From assembly GCA_964016885.1 (NCBI GenBank), contig CAXHJY010001609.1, positions 186,001-250,000 on the forward strand: a stretch of DNA of 64,000 nucleotides. Reading direction: 5' to 3'. This DNA comes from Eledone cirrhosa. Taxonomy: Eukaryota. The notes below the pieces were generated by a model. The model had not been told where the DNA came from and did not search any database. It worked only from the letters and a program-made list of their open reading frames with translations. The translations under genes were made by a program, and so were the position numbers. Below, piece by piece: positions 30,001 through 43,775 of the stretch. Numbering within the stretch: the stretch's first letter is position 1; each line of letters opens with the position of its first letter.

Positions 30001-33000
30001 TCTACATTGTGTACATTGTATAGAGTTTATACCTACATTGTGTACATTGTATAGAGTTTATACCTACATTGTGTACATTGTATAGAGTTTATGTCTACAT
30101 TGTGTACATTGTATAGAGTTTATACCTACATTGTGTACATTGTATAGAGTTTATGTCTACATTGTGTACATTGTATACATTGTATAGAGTTTATGTCTAC
30201 ATTGTATAGAGTTTATACCTACATTGTGTAGAGTTTATACCTACATTGTGTACATTGTATAGAGTTTATACCTACATTGTGTACATTGTATAGAGTTTAT
30301 GTCTACATTGTGTACATTGTATAGAGTTTATGTCTACATTGTGGACATTGTATAGAGTTTATACCTACATTGTGGACATTGTATAGAGTTTATACCTACA
30401 TTGTGTACATTGTATAGAGTTTATACCTACATTGTGTACATTGTATAGAGTTTATACCTACATTGTGTACATTGTATAGAGTTTATACCTACATTGTGTA
30501 CATTGTATAGAGTTTATACCTACATTGTGTACATTGTATAGAGTTTATACCTACATTGTGTACATTGTATAGAGTGTATGTCTACATTGTGTACATTGTA
30601 TAGAGTTTATACCTACATTGTGTACATTGTATAGAGGTTATGTCTACAGTGTGTACATTGTATAGAGTTTATACCTACATTGTGTACGTTGTATAGAGTT
30701 TATACCTACATTGTGTACATTGTATAGAGTTTATGTCTACATTTTGTACATTGTATAGAGTTTATACCTACATTGTGTACATTGTATAGAGTTTATACCT
30801 ACATTGTGGACATTGTATAGAGTTTATGTCTACATTGTGTACATTGTATAGAGTTTATGTCTACATTGTGTACATTGTATATAGTTTATGTCTACATCGT
30901 GTACATTGTATAGAGTTTATACCTACATTGTGTACATTGTATAGAGTTTATACTTACATTGTGTACATTGTATAGAGTTTATGTCTACATTGTGTACATT
31001 GTATAGAGTTTATACCTACATTGTGTACATTTTATAGAGGTTATGCCTACATTGTGTACATTGTATAGAGGTTATGTCTACATTGTGTACATTGTATAGA
31101 GTTTATGTCTACATTGTGTACATTGTATAGAGGTTATGCCTACATTGTGTACATTGTATAGAGTTTATACCTACATTGTGTACATTGTATAGAGTTTATA
31201 CCTACATTGTGTACATTGTATAGAGTTTATGTCTACATTGTGTACATTGTATAGAGTTTATACCTACATTGTGGACATTGTATAGAGTTTATGTCTACAT
31301 TGTGTACATTGTATAGAGTTTATACCTACATTGGGTACATTGTATAGAGTTTATACCTACATTGTGTACATTGTATAGAGGTTATGCCTACATTGTGTAC
31401 ATTGTATAGAGTTTATACCTACATTGTGTACATTGTATAGAGTTTATACTTACATTGTGTACATTGTATAGAGTTTATACCTACATTGTATACATTGTAT
31501 AGAGTTTGTGTCTACATTGTGTACATTGTATAGAGTTTATGTCTACATTGTATAGAGTTTATGTCTACATTGTGTACGTTGTATAGAGTTTGTGTCTACA
31601 TTGTGTACATTGTATAGAGTGTATACCTACATTGTGTACATTGTGTAGAGCTTATGTCTACATTGTGTACATTGTATAGAGTTTATGTCTATATTGTGTA
31701 CATTGTATAGAGGTTATACCTACATTGTGTACATTGTATAGACGTTATACCTACATTGTGTACATTGTATAGAGTTTATGTCTACATTGTGTACATTGTA
31801 TAGAGTTTATACCTACATTGTGTACATTGTATAGAGTTTATACCTACATTGTGTACATTGTATAGAGTTTATGTCTACATTGTGTACATTGTATAGAGAT
31901 TGTGTCTACATTGTGTACATTGTATAGAGTGTATACCTACATTGTGTACATTGTATAGAGTTTATGTCTACATTGTGTACATTGTATAGAGTTTATGTCT
32001 ACATTGTGTACATTGTATAGAGTTTATGTCTACATTGTGTACATTGTATAGAGTTTATACCTACATTGTGTACATTGTATAGAGTTTGTGTCTACATTGT
32101 GTACATTGTATAGAGTGTATACCTACATTGTGTACATTGTATAGAGTTTATACCTACATTTGGTACATTGTATAGAGTTTGTGTCTACATTGTGTACATT
32201 GTATAGAGTGTATACCTACATTGTGTACATTGTATAGAGTTTATGTCTACATTGTGTACATTGTATAGAGTTTATGTCTACATTGTGTAGAGTTTATACC
32301 TACATTGTGTACATTGTATAGAGTTTATACCTACATTGTGTACATTGTATAGAGTTTATGTCTACATTGTATAGAGTGTGTCTACATTGTGTACATTGTA
32401 TAGAGTGTATACCTACATTGTGTACATTGTGTAGAGTTTATGTCTACATTGTGTACATTGTATAGAGTTTATGTCTATATTGTGTACATTGTATAGAGGT
32501 TATACCTACATTGTGTACATTGTATAAACGTTATACCTACATTGTGTACATTGTATAGAGTTTATACCTACATTGTGTACATTGTATAGAGGTTATACCT
32601 ACATTGTGTACATTGTATAGAGTTTATACCTACATTTTGTACATTGTATAGAGTTTATACCTACATTGTGTACATTGTGTAGAGCTTATGTCTACATTGT
32701 GTACATTGTATAGAGTTTATGTCTATATTGTGTACATTGTATAGAGTTTATACCTACATTGTGTACATTGTATAGAGTTTATACCTACATTGTGTACATT
32801 GTATAGAGTTTATGTCTACATTGTATAGAGTTTATGTCTACATTGTGTACATTGTATACATTGTATAGAGTTTATGTCTACATTGTGTACATTGTATAGA
32901 GTTTATACCTACATTGTGTAGAGTTTATACCTACATTGTGTACATTGTATAGAGGTTATGTCTACATTGTGTACATTGTATAGAGTTTATACCTACATTG

Positions 33001-36000
33001 TGTACATTGTATAGAGTTTATACCTACATTGTGTACATTGTATAGAGTTTATACCTACATTGTGTACATTGTATAGAGTTTGTCTACATTGTGTACATTG
33101 TATAGAGTTTATACCTACATTGTGTACATTGTATAGAGGTTATGTCTACAGTGTGTACATTGTATAGAGTTTATACCTACATTGTGTACGTTGTATAGAG
33201 TTTATACCTACATTGTGTACATTGTATAGAGTTTATGTCTACATTTTGTACATTGTATAGAGTTTATACCTACATTGTGTACATTGTATAGAGTTTATAC
33301 CTACATTGTGGACATTGTATAGAGTTTATGTCTACATTGTGTACATTGTATAGAGTTTATGTCTACATTGTGTACATTGTATATAGTTTATGTCTACATC
33401 GTGTACATTGTATAGAGTTTATACCTACATTGTGTACATTGTATAGAGTTTATACTTACATTGTGTACATTGTATAGAGTTTATGTCTACATTGTGTACA
33501 TTGTATAGAGTTTATACCTACATTGTGTACATTTTATAGAGGTTATGCCTACATTGTGTACATTGTATAGAGGTTATGTCTACATTGTGTACATTGTATA
33601 GAGTTTATGTCTACATTGTGTACATTGTATAGAGGTTATGCCTACATTGTGTACATTGTATAGAGTTTATACCTACATTGTGTACATTGTATAGAGTTTA
33701 TACCTACATTGTGTACATTGTATAGAGTTTATGTCTACATTGTGTACATTGTATAGAGTTTATACCTACATTGTGGACATTGTATAGAGTTTATGTCTAC
33801 ATTGTGTACATTGTATAGAGTTTATACCTACATTGGGTACATTGTATAGAGTTTATACCTACATTGTGTACATTGTATAGAGGTTATGCCTACATTGTGT
33901 ACATTGTATAGAGTTTATACCTACATTGTGTACATTGTATAGAGTTTATACTTACATTGTGTACATTGTATAGAGTTTATACCTACATTGTATAGAGTTT
34001 GTGTCTACATTGTGTACATTGTATAGAGTTTATGTCTACATTGTGTACATTGTATAGAGTTTATGTCTACATTGTGTACGTTGTATAGAGTGTATACCTA
34101 CATTGTGTACATTGTGTAGAGCTTATGTCTACATTGTGTACATTGTATAGAGTTTATGTCTATATTGTGTACATTGTATAGAGGTTATACCTACATTGTG
34201 TACATTGTATAGAGTTTATGTCTATATTGTGTACATTGTATAGAGGTTATACCTACATTGTATAGACGTTATACCTACATTGTGTACATTGTATAGAGTT
34301 TATGTCTACATTGTGTACATTGTATAGAGTTTATACCTACATTGTGTACATTGTATAGAGTTTATACCTACATTGTGTACATTGTATAGAGTTTATGTCT
34401 ACATTGTGTACATTGTATAGAGTTTGTGTCTACATTGTGTACATTGTATAGAGTGTATACCTACATTGTGTACATTGTATAGAGTTTATGTCTACATTGT
34501 GTACATTGTATAGAGTTTATGTCTACATTGTGTACATTGTATAGAGTTTATGTCTACATTGTGTACATTGTATAGAGTTTATACCTACATTGTGTACATT
34601 GTATAGAGTTTGTGTCTACATTGTGTACATTGTATAGAGTGTATACCTACATTGTGTACATTGTATAGAGTTTATACCTACATTTGGTACATTGTATAGA
34701 GTTTGTGTCTACATTGTGTACATTGTATAGAGTGTATACCTACATTGTGTACATTGTATAGAGTTTATGTCTACATTGTGTACATTGTATAGAGTTTATG
34801 TCTACATTGTGTAGAGTTTATACCTACATTGTGTACATTGTATAGAGTTTATACCTACATTGTGTACATTGTATAGAGTTTATGTCTACATTGTATAGAG
34901 TTTGTGTGTACATTGTGTACATTGTATAGAGTGTATACCTACATTGTGTACATTGTGTAGAGTTTATGTCTACATTGTGTACATTGTATAGAGTTTATGT
35001 CTATATTGTGTACATTGTATAGAGGTTATACCTACATTGTGTACATTGTATAAACGTTATACCTACATTGTGTACATTGTATAGAGTTTATACCTACATT
35101 GTGTACATTGTATAGAGGTTATACCTACATTGTGTACATTGTATAGAGTTTATACCTACATTTTGTACATTGTATAGAGTTTATACCTACATTGTGTACA
35201 TTGTGTAGAGCTTATGTCTACATTGTGTACATTGTATAGAGTTTATGTCTATATTGTGTACATTGTATAGAGTTTATACCTACATTGTGTACATTGTATA
35301 GAGTTTATACCTACATTGTGTACATTGTATAGAGTTTATGTCTACATTGTATAGAGTTTATGTCTACATTGTGTACATTGTATACATTGTATAGAGTTTA
35401 TGTCTACATTGTGTACATTGTATAGAGTTTATACCTACATTGTGTAGAGTTTATACCTACATTGTGTACATTGTATAGAGGTTATGTCTACATTGTGTAC
35501 ATTGTATAGAGTTTATACCTACATTGTGTACATTGTATAGAGTTTATACCTACATTGTGTACATTGTATAGAGTTTATACCTACATTGTGTACATTGTAT
35601 AGAGTTTGTCTACATTGTGTACATTGTATAGAGTTTATACCTACATTGTGTACATTGTATAGAGGTTATGTCTACAGTGTGTACATTGTATAGAGTTTAT
35701 ACCTACATTGTGTACGTTGTATAGAGTTTATACCTACATTGTGTACATTGTATAGAGTTTATGTCTACATTTTGTACATTGTATAGAGTTTATACCTACA
35801 TTGTGTACATTGTATAGAGTTTATACCTACATTGTGGACATTGTATAGAGTTTATGTCTACATTGTGTACATTGTATAGAGTTTATGTCTACATTGTATA
35901 TAGTTTATGTCTACATCGTGTACATTGTATAGAGTTTATACCTACATTGTGTACATTGTATAGAGTTTATACTTACATTGTGTACATTGTATAGAGTTTA

Positions 36001-39000
36001 TGTCTACATTGTGTACATTGTATAGAGTTTATACCTACATTGTGTACATTTTATAGAGGTTATGTCTATATTGTGTACATTGTATAGAGGTTATACCTAC
36101 ATTGTGTACATTGTATAGACGTTATACCTACATTGTGTACATTGTATAGAATTTATACCTACATTGTGTACATTGTATAGAGGTTATACCTACATTGTGT
36201 ACATTGTATAGAGTTTATACCTACATTTTGTACATTGTATAGAGTTTATACCTACATTGTGTACATTGTGTAGAGCTTATGTCTACATTGTGTACATTGT
36301 ATAGAGTTTATGTCTATATTGTGTACATTGTATAGAGTTTATACCTACATTGTGTACACTGTATAGAGTTTATACCTACATTGTGTACATTGTATAGAGT
36401 TTATGTCTACATTGTGTACATTGTATAGAGTTTATACCTACATTGTGTACATTGTATAGAGTTTATACCTACATTGTGTACATTGTATAGAGTTTATGTC
36501 TACATTGTGTACATTGTATAGAGTTTATACCTACATTGTGTACATTGTATAGAGTTTATACCTACATTGTGTACGTTGTATAGAGTTTATGTCTACATTG
36601 TGTACATTGTATAGATTTTATACCTACATTGTGTACATTGTATAGAGTTTATACCTAGATTGTGTACATTGTATAGAGGTTTTGTCTACATTGTGTACAT
36701 TGTATAGAGTTTATACCTACATTGTGTACATTGTATAGAGTTTATACCTACATTGTGTACATTGTATAGAGTTTATGTCTACATTGTGTACATTGTATAG
36801 AGTTTATACCTACATTGTGTACATTGTATAGAGTTTATGTCTACATTGTGTACATTGTATACATTGTATAGAGTTTATGTCTACATTGTGTACATTGTAT
36901 AGAGTTTATACCTACATTGTGTAGAGTTTATACCTACATTGTGTAGATTGTATAGAGGTTATGTCTACATTGTGTACATTGTATAGAGTTTATACCTACA
37001 TTGTGTACATTGTATAGAGTTTATACCTACATTGTGTACATTGTATAGAGTTTATACCTACATTGTGTACATTGTATAGAGTTTATACCTACATTGTGTA
37101 CATTGTATAGAGTTTATACCTACATTGTGTACATTGTATAGAGTTTATACCTACATTGTGTACATTGTATAGAGTTTATGTCTACATTGTGTACATTGTA
37201 TAGAGTTTATGTCTACATTGTGTACATTGTATAGAGTTTATACCTACATTGTGTACATTGTATAGAGGTTATGTCTACAGTGTGTACATTGTATAGAGTT
37301 TATACCTACATTGTGTACGTTGTATAGAGTTTATACCTACATTGTGTACATTGTATAGAGTTTATGTCTACATTTTGTACATTGTATAGAGTTTATACCT
37401 ACATTGTGTACATTGTATAGAGTTTATACCTACATTGTGGACATTGTATAGAGTTTATGTCTACATTGTGTACATTGTATAGAGTTTATGTCTACATTGT
37501 GTACATTGTATATAGTTTATGTCTACATCGTGTACATTGTATAGAGTTTATATCTACATTGTGTACATTGTATAGAGTTTATACTTACATTGTGTACATT
37601 GTATAGAGTTTATGTCTACATTGTGTACATTGTATAGAGTTTATACCTACATTGTGTACATTTTATAGAGGTTATGCCTACATTGTGTACATTGTATAGA
37701 GGTTATGTCTACATTGTGTACATTGTATAGAGTTTATGTCTACATTGTGTACATTGTATAGAGGTTATGCCTACATTGTGTACATTGTATAGAGTTTATA
37801 CCTACATTGTGTACATTGTATAGTTTATACCTACATTGTGTACATTGTATAGAGTTTATGTCTACATTGTGTACATTGTATAGAGTTTATACCTACATTG
37901 TGGACATTGTATAGAGTTTATGTCTACATTGTGTACATTGTATAGAGTTTATACCTACATTGGGTACATTGTATAGAGTTTATACCTACATTGTGTACAT
38001 TGTATAGAGGTTATGCCTACATTGTGTACATTGTATAGAGTTTATACCTACATTGTGTACATTGTATAGAGTTTATACTTACATTGTGTACATTGTATAG
38101 AGTTTATACCTACATTGTATACATTGTATAGAGTTTGTGTCTACATTGTGTACATTGTATAGAGTTTATGTCTACATTGTGTACATTGTATAGAGTTTAT
38201 GTCTACATTGTGTACATTGTATAGAGTTTGTGTCTACATTGTGTACATTGTATAGAGTGTATACCTACATTGTGTACATTGTGTAGAGCTTATGTCTACA
38301 TTGTGTACATTGTATAGAGTTTATGTCTATATTGTGTACATTGTATAGAGGTTATACCTACATTGTGTACATTGTATAGAGTTTGTGTCTACATTGTGTA
38401 CATTGTATAGAGTGTATACCTACATTGTGTACATTGTATAGAGTTTATGTCTACATTGTGTACATTGTATAGAGTTTATGTCTACATTGTGTACATTGTA
38501 TAGAGTTTATACCTACAGTGTGTACATTGTATAGAGTTTATACCTACATTGTGTACGTTGTATAGAGTTTATACCTACATTGTGTACATTGTATAGAGTT
38601 TATGTCTACATTTTGTACATTGTATAGAGTTTATACCTACATTGTGTACATTGTATAGAGTTTATACCTACATTGTGTACATTGTATAGAGGTTATACCT
38701 ACATTGTGTACATTGTATAGAGTTTGTGTCTACATTGTGTACATTGTATAGAGTGTATACCTACATTGTGTACATTGTATAGAGTTTATGTCTACATTGT
38801 GTACATTGTATAGAGTTTATGTCTACATTGTGTACATTGTATAGAGTTTATACCTACATTGTGAACATTGTATAGAGTTTATACCTACATTGTGTACATT
38901 GTATAGAGTTTGTGTCTACATTGTGTACATTGTATAGAGTGTATACCTACATTGTGTACATTGTATAGAGTTTATACCTACATTTGGTACATTGTATAGA

Positions 39001-41025
39001 GTTTGTGTCTACATTGTGTACATTGTATAGAGTGTATACCTACATTGTGTACATTGTATAGAGTTTATGTCTACATTGTGTACATTGTATAGAGTTTATG
39101 TCTACATTGTGTACAGTTTATACCTACATTGTGTACATTGTATAGAGTTTATACCTACATTGTGTACATTGTATAGAGTTTATGTCTACATTGTATAGAG
39201 TTTGTGTCTACATTGTGTACATTGTATAGAGTGTATACCTACATTGTGTACATTGTGTAGAGTTTATGTCTACATTGTGTACATTGTATAGAGTTTATGT
39301 CTATATTGTGTACATTGTATAGAGGTTATACCTACATTGTGTACATTGTATAGACGTTATACCTACATTGTGTACATTGTATAGAGTTTATACCTACATT
39401 GTGTACATTGTATAGAGGTTATACCTACATTGTGTACATTGTATAGAGTTTATACCTACATTTTGTACATTGTATAGAGTTTATACCTACATTGTGTACA
39501 TTGTGTAGAGCTTATGTCTACATTGTGTACATTGTATAGAGTTTATGTCTATATTGTGTACATTGTATAGAGGTTATACCTACATTGTGTACATTGTATA
39601 GAGTTTATACCTACATTGTGTACATTGTATAGAGTTTATACCTACATTGTGTACATTGTATAGAGTTTATGTCTATATTGTGTACATTGTATAGAGTTTA
39701 TACCTACATTGTGTACATTGTATAGAGTTTATACCTACATTGTGTATATTGTATAGAGTTTATGTCTACATTGTGTACATTGTATAGAGTTTATACCTAC
39801 ATTGTGTACATTGTATAGAGTTTATACCTACATTGTGTACATTGTATAGAGTTTATGTCTACATTGTGTACATTGTATAGAGTTTATGTCTACATTGTGT
39901 ACATTGTATACATTGTATAGAGTTTATGTCTACATTGTGTACATTGTATAGAGTTTATACCTACATTGTGTAGAGTTTATACCTATATTGTGTACATTGT
40001 ATAGAGGTTATGTCTACATTGTGTACATTGTATAGAGTTTATACCTACATTGTGTACATTGTATAGAGTTTATACCTACATTGTGTACATTGTATAGAGT
40101 TTATACCTACATTGTGTACATTGTATAGAGTTTGTCTACATTGTGTACATTGTATAGAGTTTATACCTACATTGTGTACATTGTATAGAGGTTATGACTA
40201 CAGTGTGTACATTGTATAGAGTTTATACCTACATTGTGTACGTTGTATAGAGTTTATACCTACATTGTGTACATTGTATAGAGTTTATGTCTACATTTTG
40301 TACATTGTATAGAGTTTATACCTACATTGTGTACATTGTATAGAGTTTATACCTACATTGTGGACATTGTATAGAGTTTATGTCTACATTGTGTACATTG
40401 TATAGAGTTTATGTGTACATTGTATATAGTTTATGTCTACATCGTGTACATTGTATAGAGTTTATACCTACATTGTGTACATTGTATAGAGTTTATACTT
40501 ACATTGTGTACATTGTATAGAGTTTATGTCTACATTGTGTACATTGTATAGAGTTTATACCTACATTGTGTACATTTTATAGAGGTTATGCCTACATTGT
40601 GTACATTGTATAGAGGTTATGTCTACATTGTGTACATTGTATAGAGTTTATGTCTACATTGTGTACATTGTATAGAGGTTATGCCTACATTGTGTACATT
40701 GTATAGAGTTTATACCTACATTGTGTACATTGTATAGAGTTTATACCTACATTGTGTACATTGTATAGAGTTTATGTCTACATTGTGTACATTGTATAGA
40801 GTTTATACCTACATTGTGGACATTGTATAGAGTTTATGTCTACATTGTGTACATTGTATAGAGTTTATACCTACATTGGGTACATTGTATAGAGTTTATA
40901 CCTACATTGTGTACATTGTATAGAGGTTATGCCTACATTGTGTACATTGTATAGAGTTTATACCTACATTGTGTACATTGTATAGAGTTTATGTCTACAT
41001 TGTGTACATTCTGTAGAGTTTATGC
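1..41025. repeat. 31-bp tandem satellite array (>=41 kb, open at the left edge of the window)
   Basis: Continuous repeats of (ACC/GTC)TACATTGTGTACATTGTATAGAGTTTAT with a 31-bp period. Occasional 22-bp, 40-bp (loss or gain of a TACATTGT[G/A] 9-mer) and 29-bp units. No ORFs reported in the track. Confidence 0.99.
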
Positions 41026-41165
41026 TTACTTCTTTTCTAAATATTGAACAGGGCCACTTCCCCGTGGGAATCAAGGTCCTGTCTTCTTCCTACTTACTAT
41101 TATATTAGTTTTCGGTAAGTTTTCTATCAAACCTTTTGATTCCAACTTCTGTTTCTGTAGAAAAG
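41026..41165 (-). pseudogene. Decayed RTE-clade LINE ORF fragment abutting the satellite
   Basis: Minus-strand translation QKLESKGLIENLPKTNIIVSRKK, a 1-nt frameshift, then TLIPTGKWPCSIFRKEV. Aligns to KHGLESKGLKINLAKTKVLVCRKENKAPVPSGKWPCSVCRKGV in the ORF at 52956-53873. Confidence 0.9.
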
Positions 41166-41339
41166 CCATACCACACTGCCCTTTGCGTGGGTTAATAAGG
41201 GACATGTCAAAGCCTTCAGTAGAGGGGCCTGTTCGAAAAATATATTGCAGTCTCCATTTCATGCTGCAAAAACTTGTGATGAGCCTGCACCCTGTCCTGG
41301 GAGGCGTGGGATGGACGCTCAAATGTTGCCTATCCTGAG

Positions 41340-41450
41340 ACCCCAAAGAGAGTCTGGAAGGGAGCAAGCCTTAACAGTTGGAACCTGTAACATCACAACC
41401 CTTACAGGTAAGGAGCAGGAACTAGTGGTAGAGGCTAGATGTTATCCCTC
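41340..41450 (+). pseudogene. Fragment of the N-terminal APE endonuclease of a different RTE-like (Expander/Rex3-like) LINE
   Basis: Translation ALTVGTCNITTLTGKEQELVVEARCYP resembles the first APE motif (GTWNVxxLxGKExELVxE). Truncated after about 30 codons. Confidence 0.65.
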
Positions 41451-41482
41451 CCCAGTAAAGTTTATGCTGTGTGCCTGGCAAA

Positions 41483-41540
41483 TAGATGATAAGTTCACTG
41501 CTATTTCTAGCAGGGTGAGTGACCATGTAGAAGTTTTCTT
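41483..41540. repeat. Short dispersed repeat with three degenerate copies in the window
   Basis: CTGCTATTTCTAGCAGGGTGAGTGACCATGTAGA here resembles ~57408-57452 (CTTCTATTTTCAGCAGGTCGAGCGATCACATA) and ~59218-59260 (CTGCTATTGTTAGCTGGTCGAGTGACCTTATAGA). Confidence 0.55.
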
Positions 41541-42169
41541 ATAGATATATAATTAATATTTTACTGAGTGATACTTTATGATTGACCATCGATTAGATAC
41601 GACTGGAACTGTGTCTAAAGGTATTAAATTATATCAGGGACTTTTAACGTATGACACTGGTAAGAGAGGTGAAACATTCCCAACGACACCGGGTACCTGC
41701 TGTCTTCATTATAACTTTAATTAATCTAATTATATCTTGTGTAACAATTATATATATATACACAATTTTAATTCCCCGACATCAGTCTTACACTGTCATA
41801 TCTATTCTTACTTTACAATTGTGTCTACTAAGAGTTCCATTACAATCTGTAGTAGTAAAACTACTATTTCACCAGAACATCTGCTATCAGTCATTTATAG
41901 ACAATATATATATTTCCTGTTAAATCTGTAGCTAAAGACATAAAGTCAGCCTCACTACTTCATTCTGACAAGATATCAATTTATGACTAAAGATGAAGAA
42001 GATACACCAACGTTAATGTCGTGAAATAAAGCTGATAACATTGAAACTTCTAATTTGATAACAAAGAGATTATTTCTTTGGTTGTTTAGTAACAACTAAC
42101 AACACAACACATTGATTATATGTGAAGGAGGTAAGTTGACAAAGATTTACTTGAAGTCGATAATAATTG

Positions 42170-42280
42170 TTTCTACTTTAGGCACAAGGCCAGCAATTAC
42201 TCAGTACATTACTGGTACTTTATTTTATCGACCCCGTAAGGATGAAAGGCAAAGTTAACCTCGGCGGGATTTGAACTCAG
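42170..42280 (-). mobile_element. tRNA-derived SINE fragment
   Basis: Minus strand reads CTGAGTTCAAATCCCGCCGAGGTTAACTTTGCCTTTCATCCTTACGGGGTCGATAAAATAAAGTACCAG: a Pol III B box followed by a central domain resembling conserved metazoan/cephalopod SINE domains. The A box is lost. Confidence 0.75.
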
Positions 42281-42289
42281 TCTATAATA

Positions 42290-42708
42290 ATGATAGCCAC
42301 AAATACTTACTGCTTTACTATACATTAGATAATGTAGTCCTAGGTAAACTATGTCTGATAGCCACTATACTGTACATTAGATAATGTAGTCCTAGATACA
42401 CTATGTCTGATAGCCACTATACTATACATTAGATAATGTAGTCCTAGGTAAACTATGCCTGATAGCCACTATACTGTACATTAGATAATGTAGTCCTAGG
42501 TAAACTATGTCTGATAGCCACTATACTGTACATTAGATAATGTAGTCCTAGATACACTATGTCTGAGAGCCATTAATACTAATTTCTTTACTGTACATTA
42601 GATAATGTAGTCCTAGATATACTATGTCTGATAGCCACTAATACTAACTACTGTCCTGTACATTAGATAATGTAGTCCTAGATACAATATGTCTGATAGT
42701 CACTAGTA
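42290..42708. repeat. 52/65-bp minisatellite, 7 units
   Basis: Core TACATTAGATAATGTAGTCCTAG starts at 42321, 42373, 42425, 42477, 42529 (period 52), then 42594 and 42659 (period 65). Confidence 0.92.
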
Positions 42709-42709
42709 T

Positions 42710-43035
42710 ATACGTAGTTCTCAGGGAGATTCAGCGAGACGTATGACATGGCTTCCCTTTGAAATACATGTAGAACCCATCTTATATTATAATGTGTCTG
42801 AGTATTTCATTGACACGTACACCGTTGACATTGTTCTCAGGGAGATTCAGTGTTTCAATTCTATGTAACAACGTTTCCACTATAATTATGGTACAACTTA
42901 TTATTTTTCCGGTTGGGTGAAATAAAACAATGAGAAATAATGTGTCTTGTTCAAGGCCTCAACGTACAGACCACCCGTCTGGGATTCGAACTCACGAACC
43001 ATACGTTCATGTAATGCGTGCTATCACCGCCTAAC
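42710..43035 (-). mobile_element. Degenerate, partly duplicated tRNA/CORE-type SINE
   Basis: Minus-strand B box (GAGTTCGAATCCC, ~42981-42993) followed by CORE-like CCTTGAACAAGACACATTATTTC. GTTCTCAGGGAGATTCAG occurs twice (~42717 and ~42833). Confidence 0.6.
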
Positions 43036-43559
43036 ATCGGTTTCCTCCACATAAATTACACAGGAATGACAATCCGGATTAATTCACGAACAAGAATTAC
43101 AATAAGTCGCTGAGAGTGATCTCCCTTGGCTGACTTTAAAATCTTTTATTCCATTAGAAATTAATTTCTTTCATGTCCGACTGAAAGACTCTGGAGTTTT
43201 TACCTGTCTTGGGTTTAATTAATGAGGAATTTTGAGGTATTTATAACAATTATTAATTATTTCATTACTGAGATATCATTGGAAGGATTTACTAAAGTTT
43301 TTAATTATTAATTATTTTATTAGTAACTTAACATGTGGTTCTTGTATAAAATTATGTTGGAAGATGTTAGGAAGAAGCTATGTAGCCGGTCCCGGTAAAA
43401 TAGACTCCAGGCTATGTAGCCGGTAAGAGTGTCAGACACCACGTGTTGCAGCCCTTTATGGTTTGAGTTAAGACAATTTAAAATATTTTCCACCATCAAT
43501 TGTTAAAAAACAAGTTAAAATCATTTAGTCGTCCATTCGTAACGTACGTTACACTTTAC

Positions 43560-43775
43560 TTACATACACATCTACTGTGTTATATACACACACATCTACT
43601 GTATTACATAGACATCTACTGTGATACATACACACACAACTACTGTGTTATATATACACACACACTTCTACTGTGTTACACACACATATCTACTGAGTTA
43701 CATACACACACATCTACTGAGTTATATACACATCTCCTATGTGACATACACACACATCTACTGTGTTACATACAT
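43560..43775. repeat. Degenerate ~20-24-bp minisatellite (ACACACATCTACTGTGTTATAT-like)
   Basis: Repeated CATCTACTGTG/CTACTGAG cores separated by AC/AT dinucleotide runs. Confidence 0.8.

Noticed and set aside
1-41025. CRISPR array or telomeric repeat
   Set aside because: The 31-bp units are contiguous with no unique spacers, there are no cas genes, the context is eukaryotic, and the unit is not a short G-rich telomere motif.
1-41025. Satellite encoding a repetitive Cys-rich protein
   Set aside because: 31 is not a multiple of 3, so the frame shifts every unit and runs into stop codons. No ORF is reported in the track.
42089-42136. Possible exon ending at GAG|GTAAGT
   Set aside because: The donor site is good, but the segment from the nearest acceptor has stops in all three frames.
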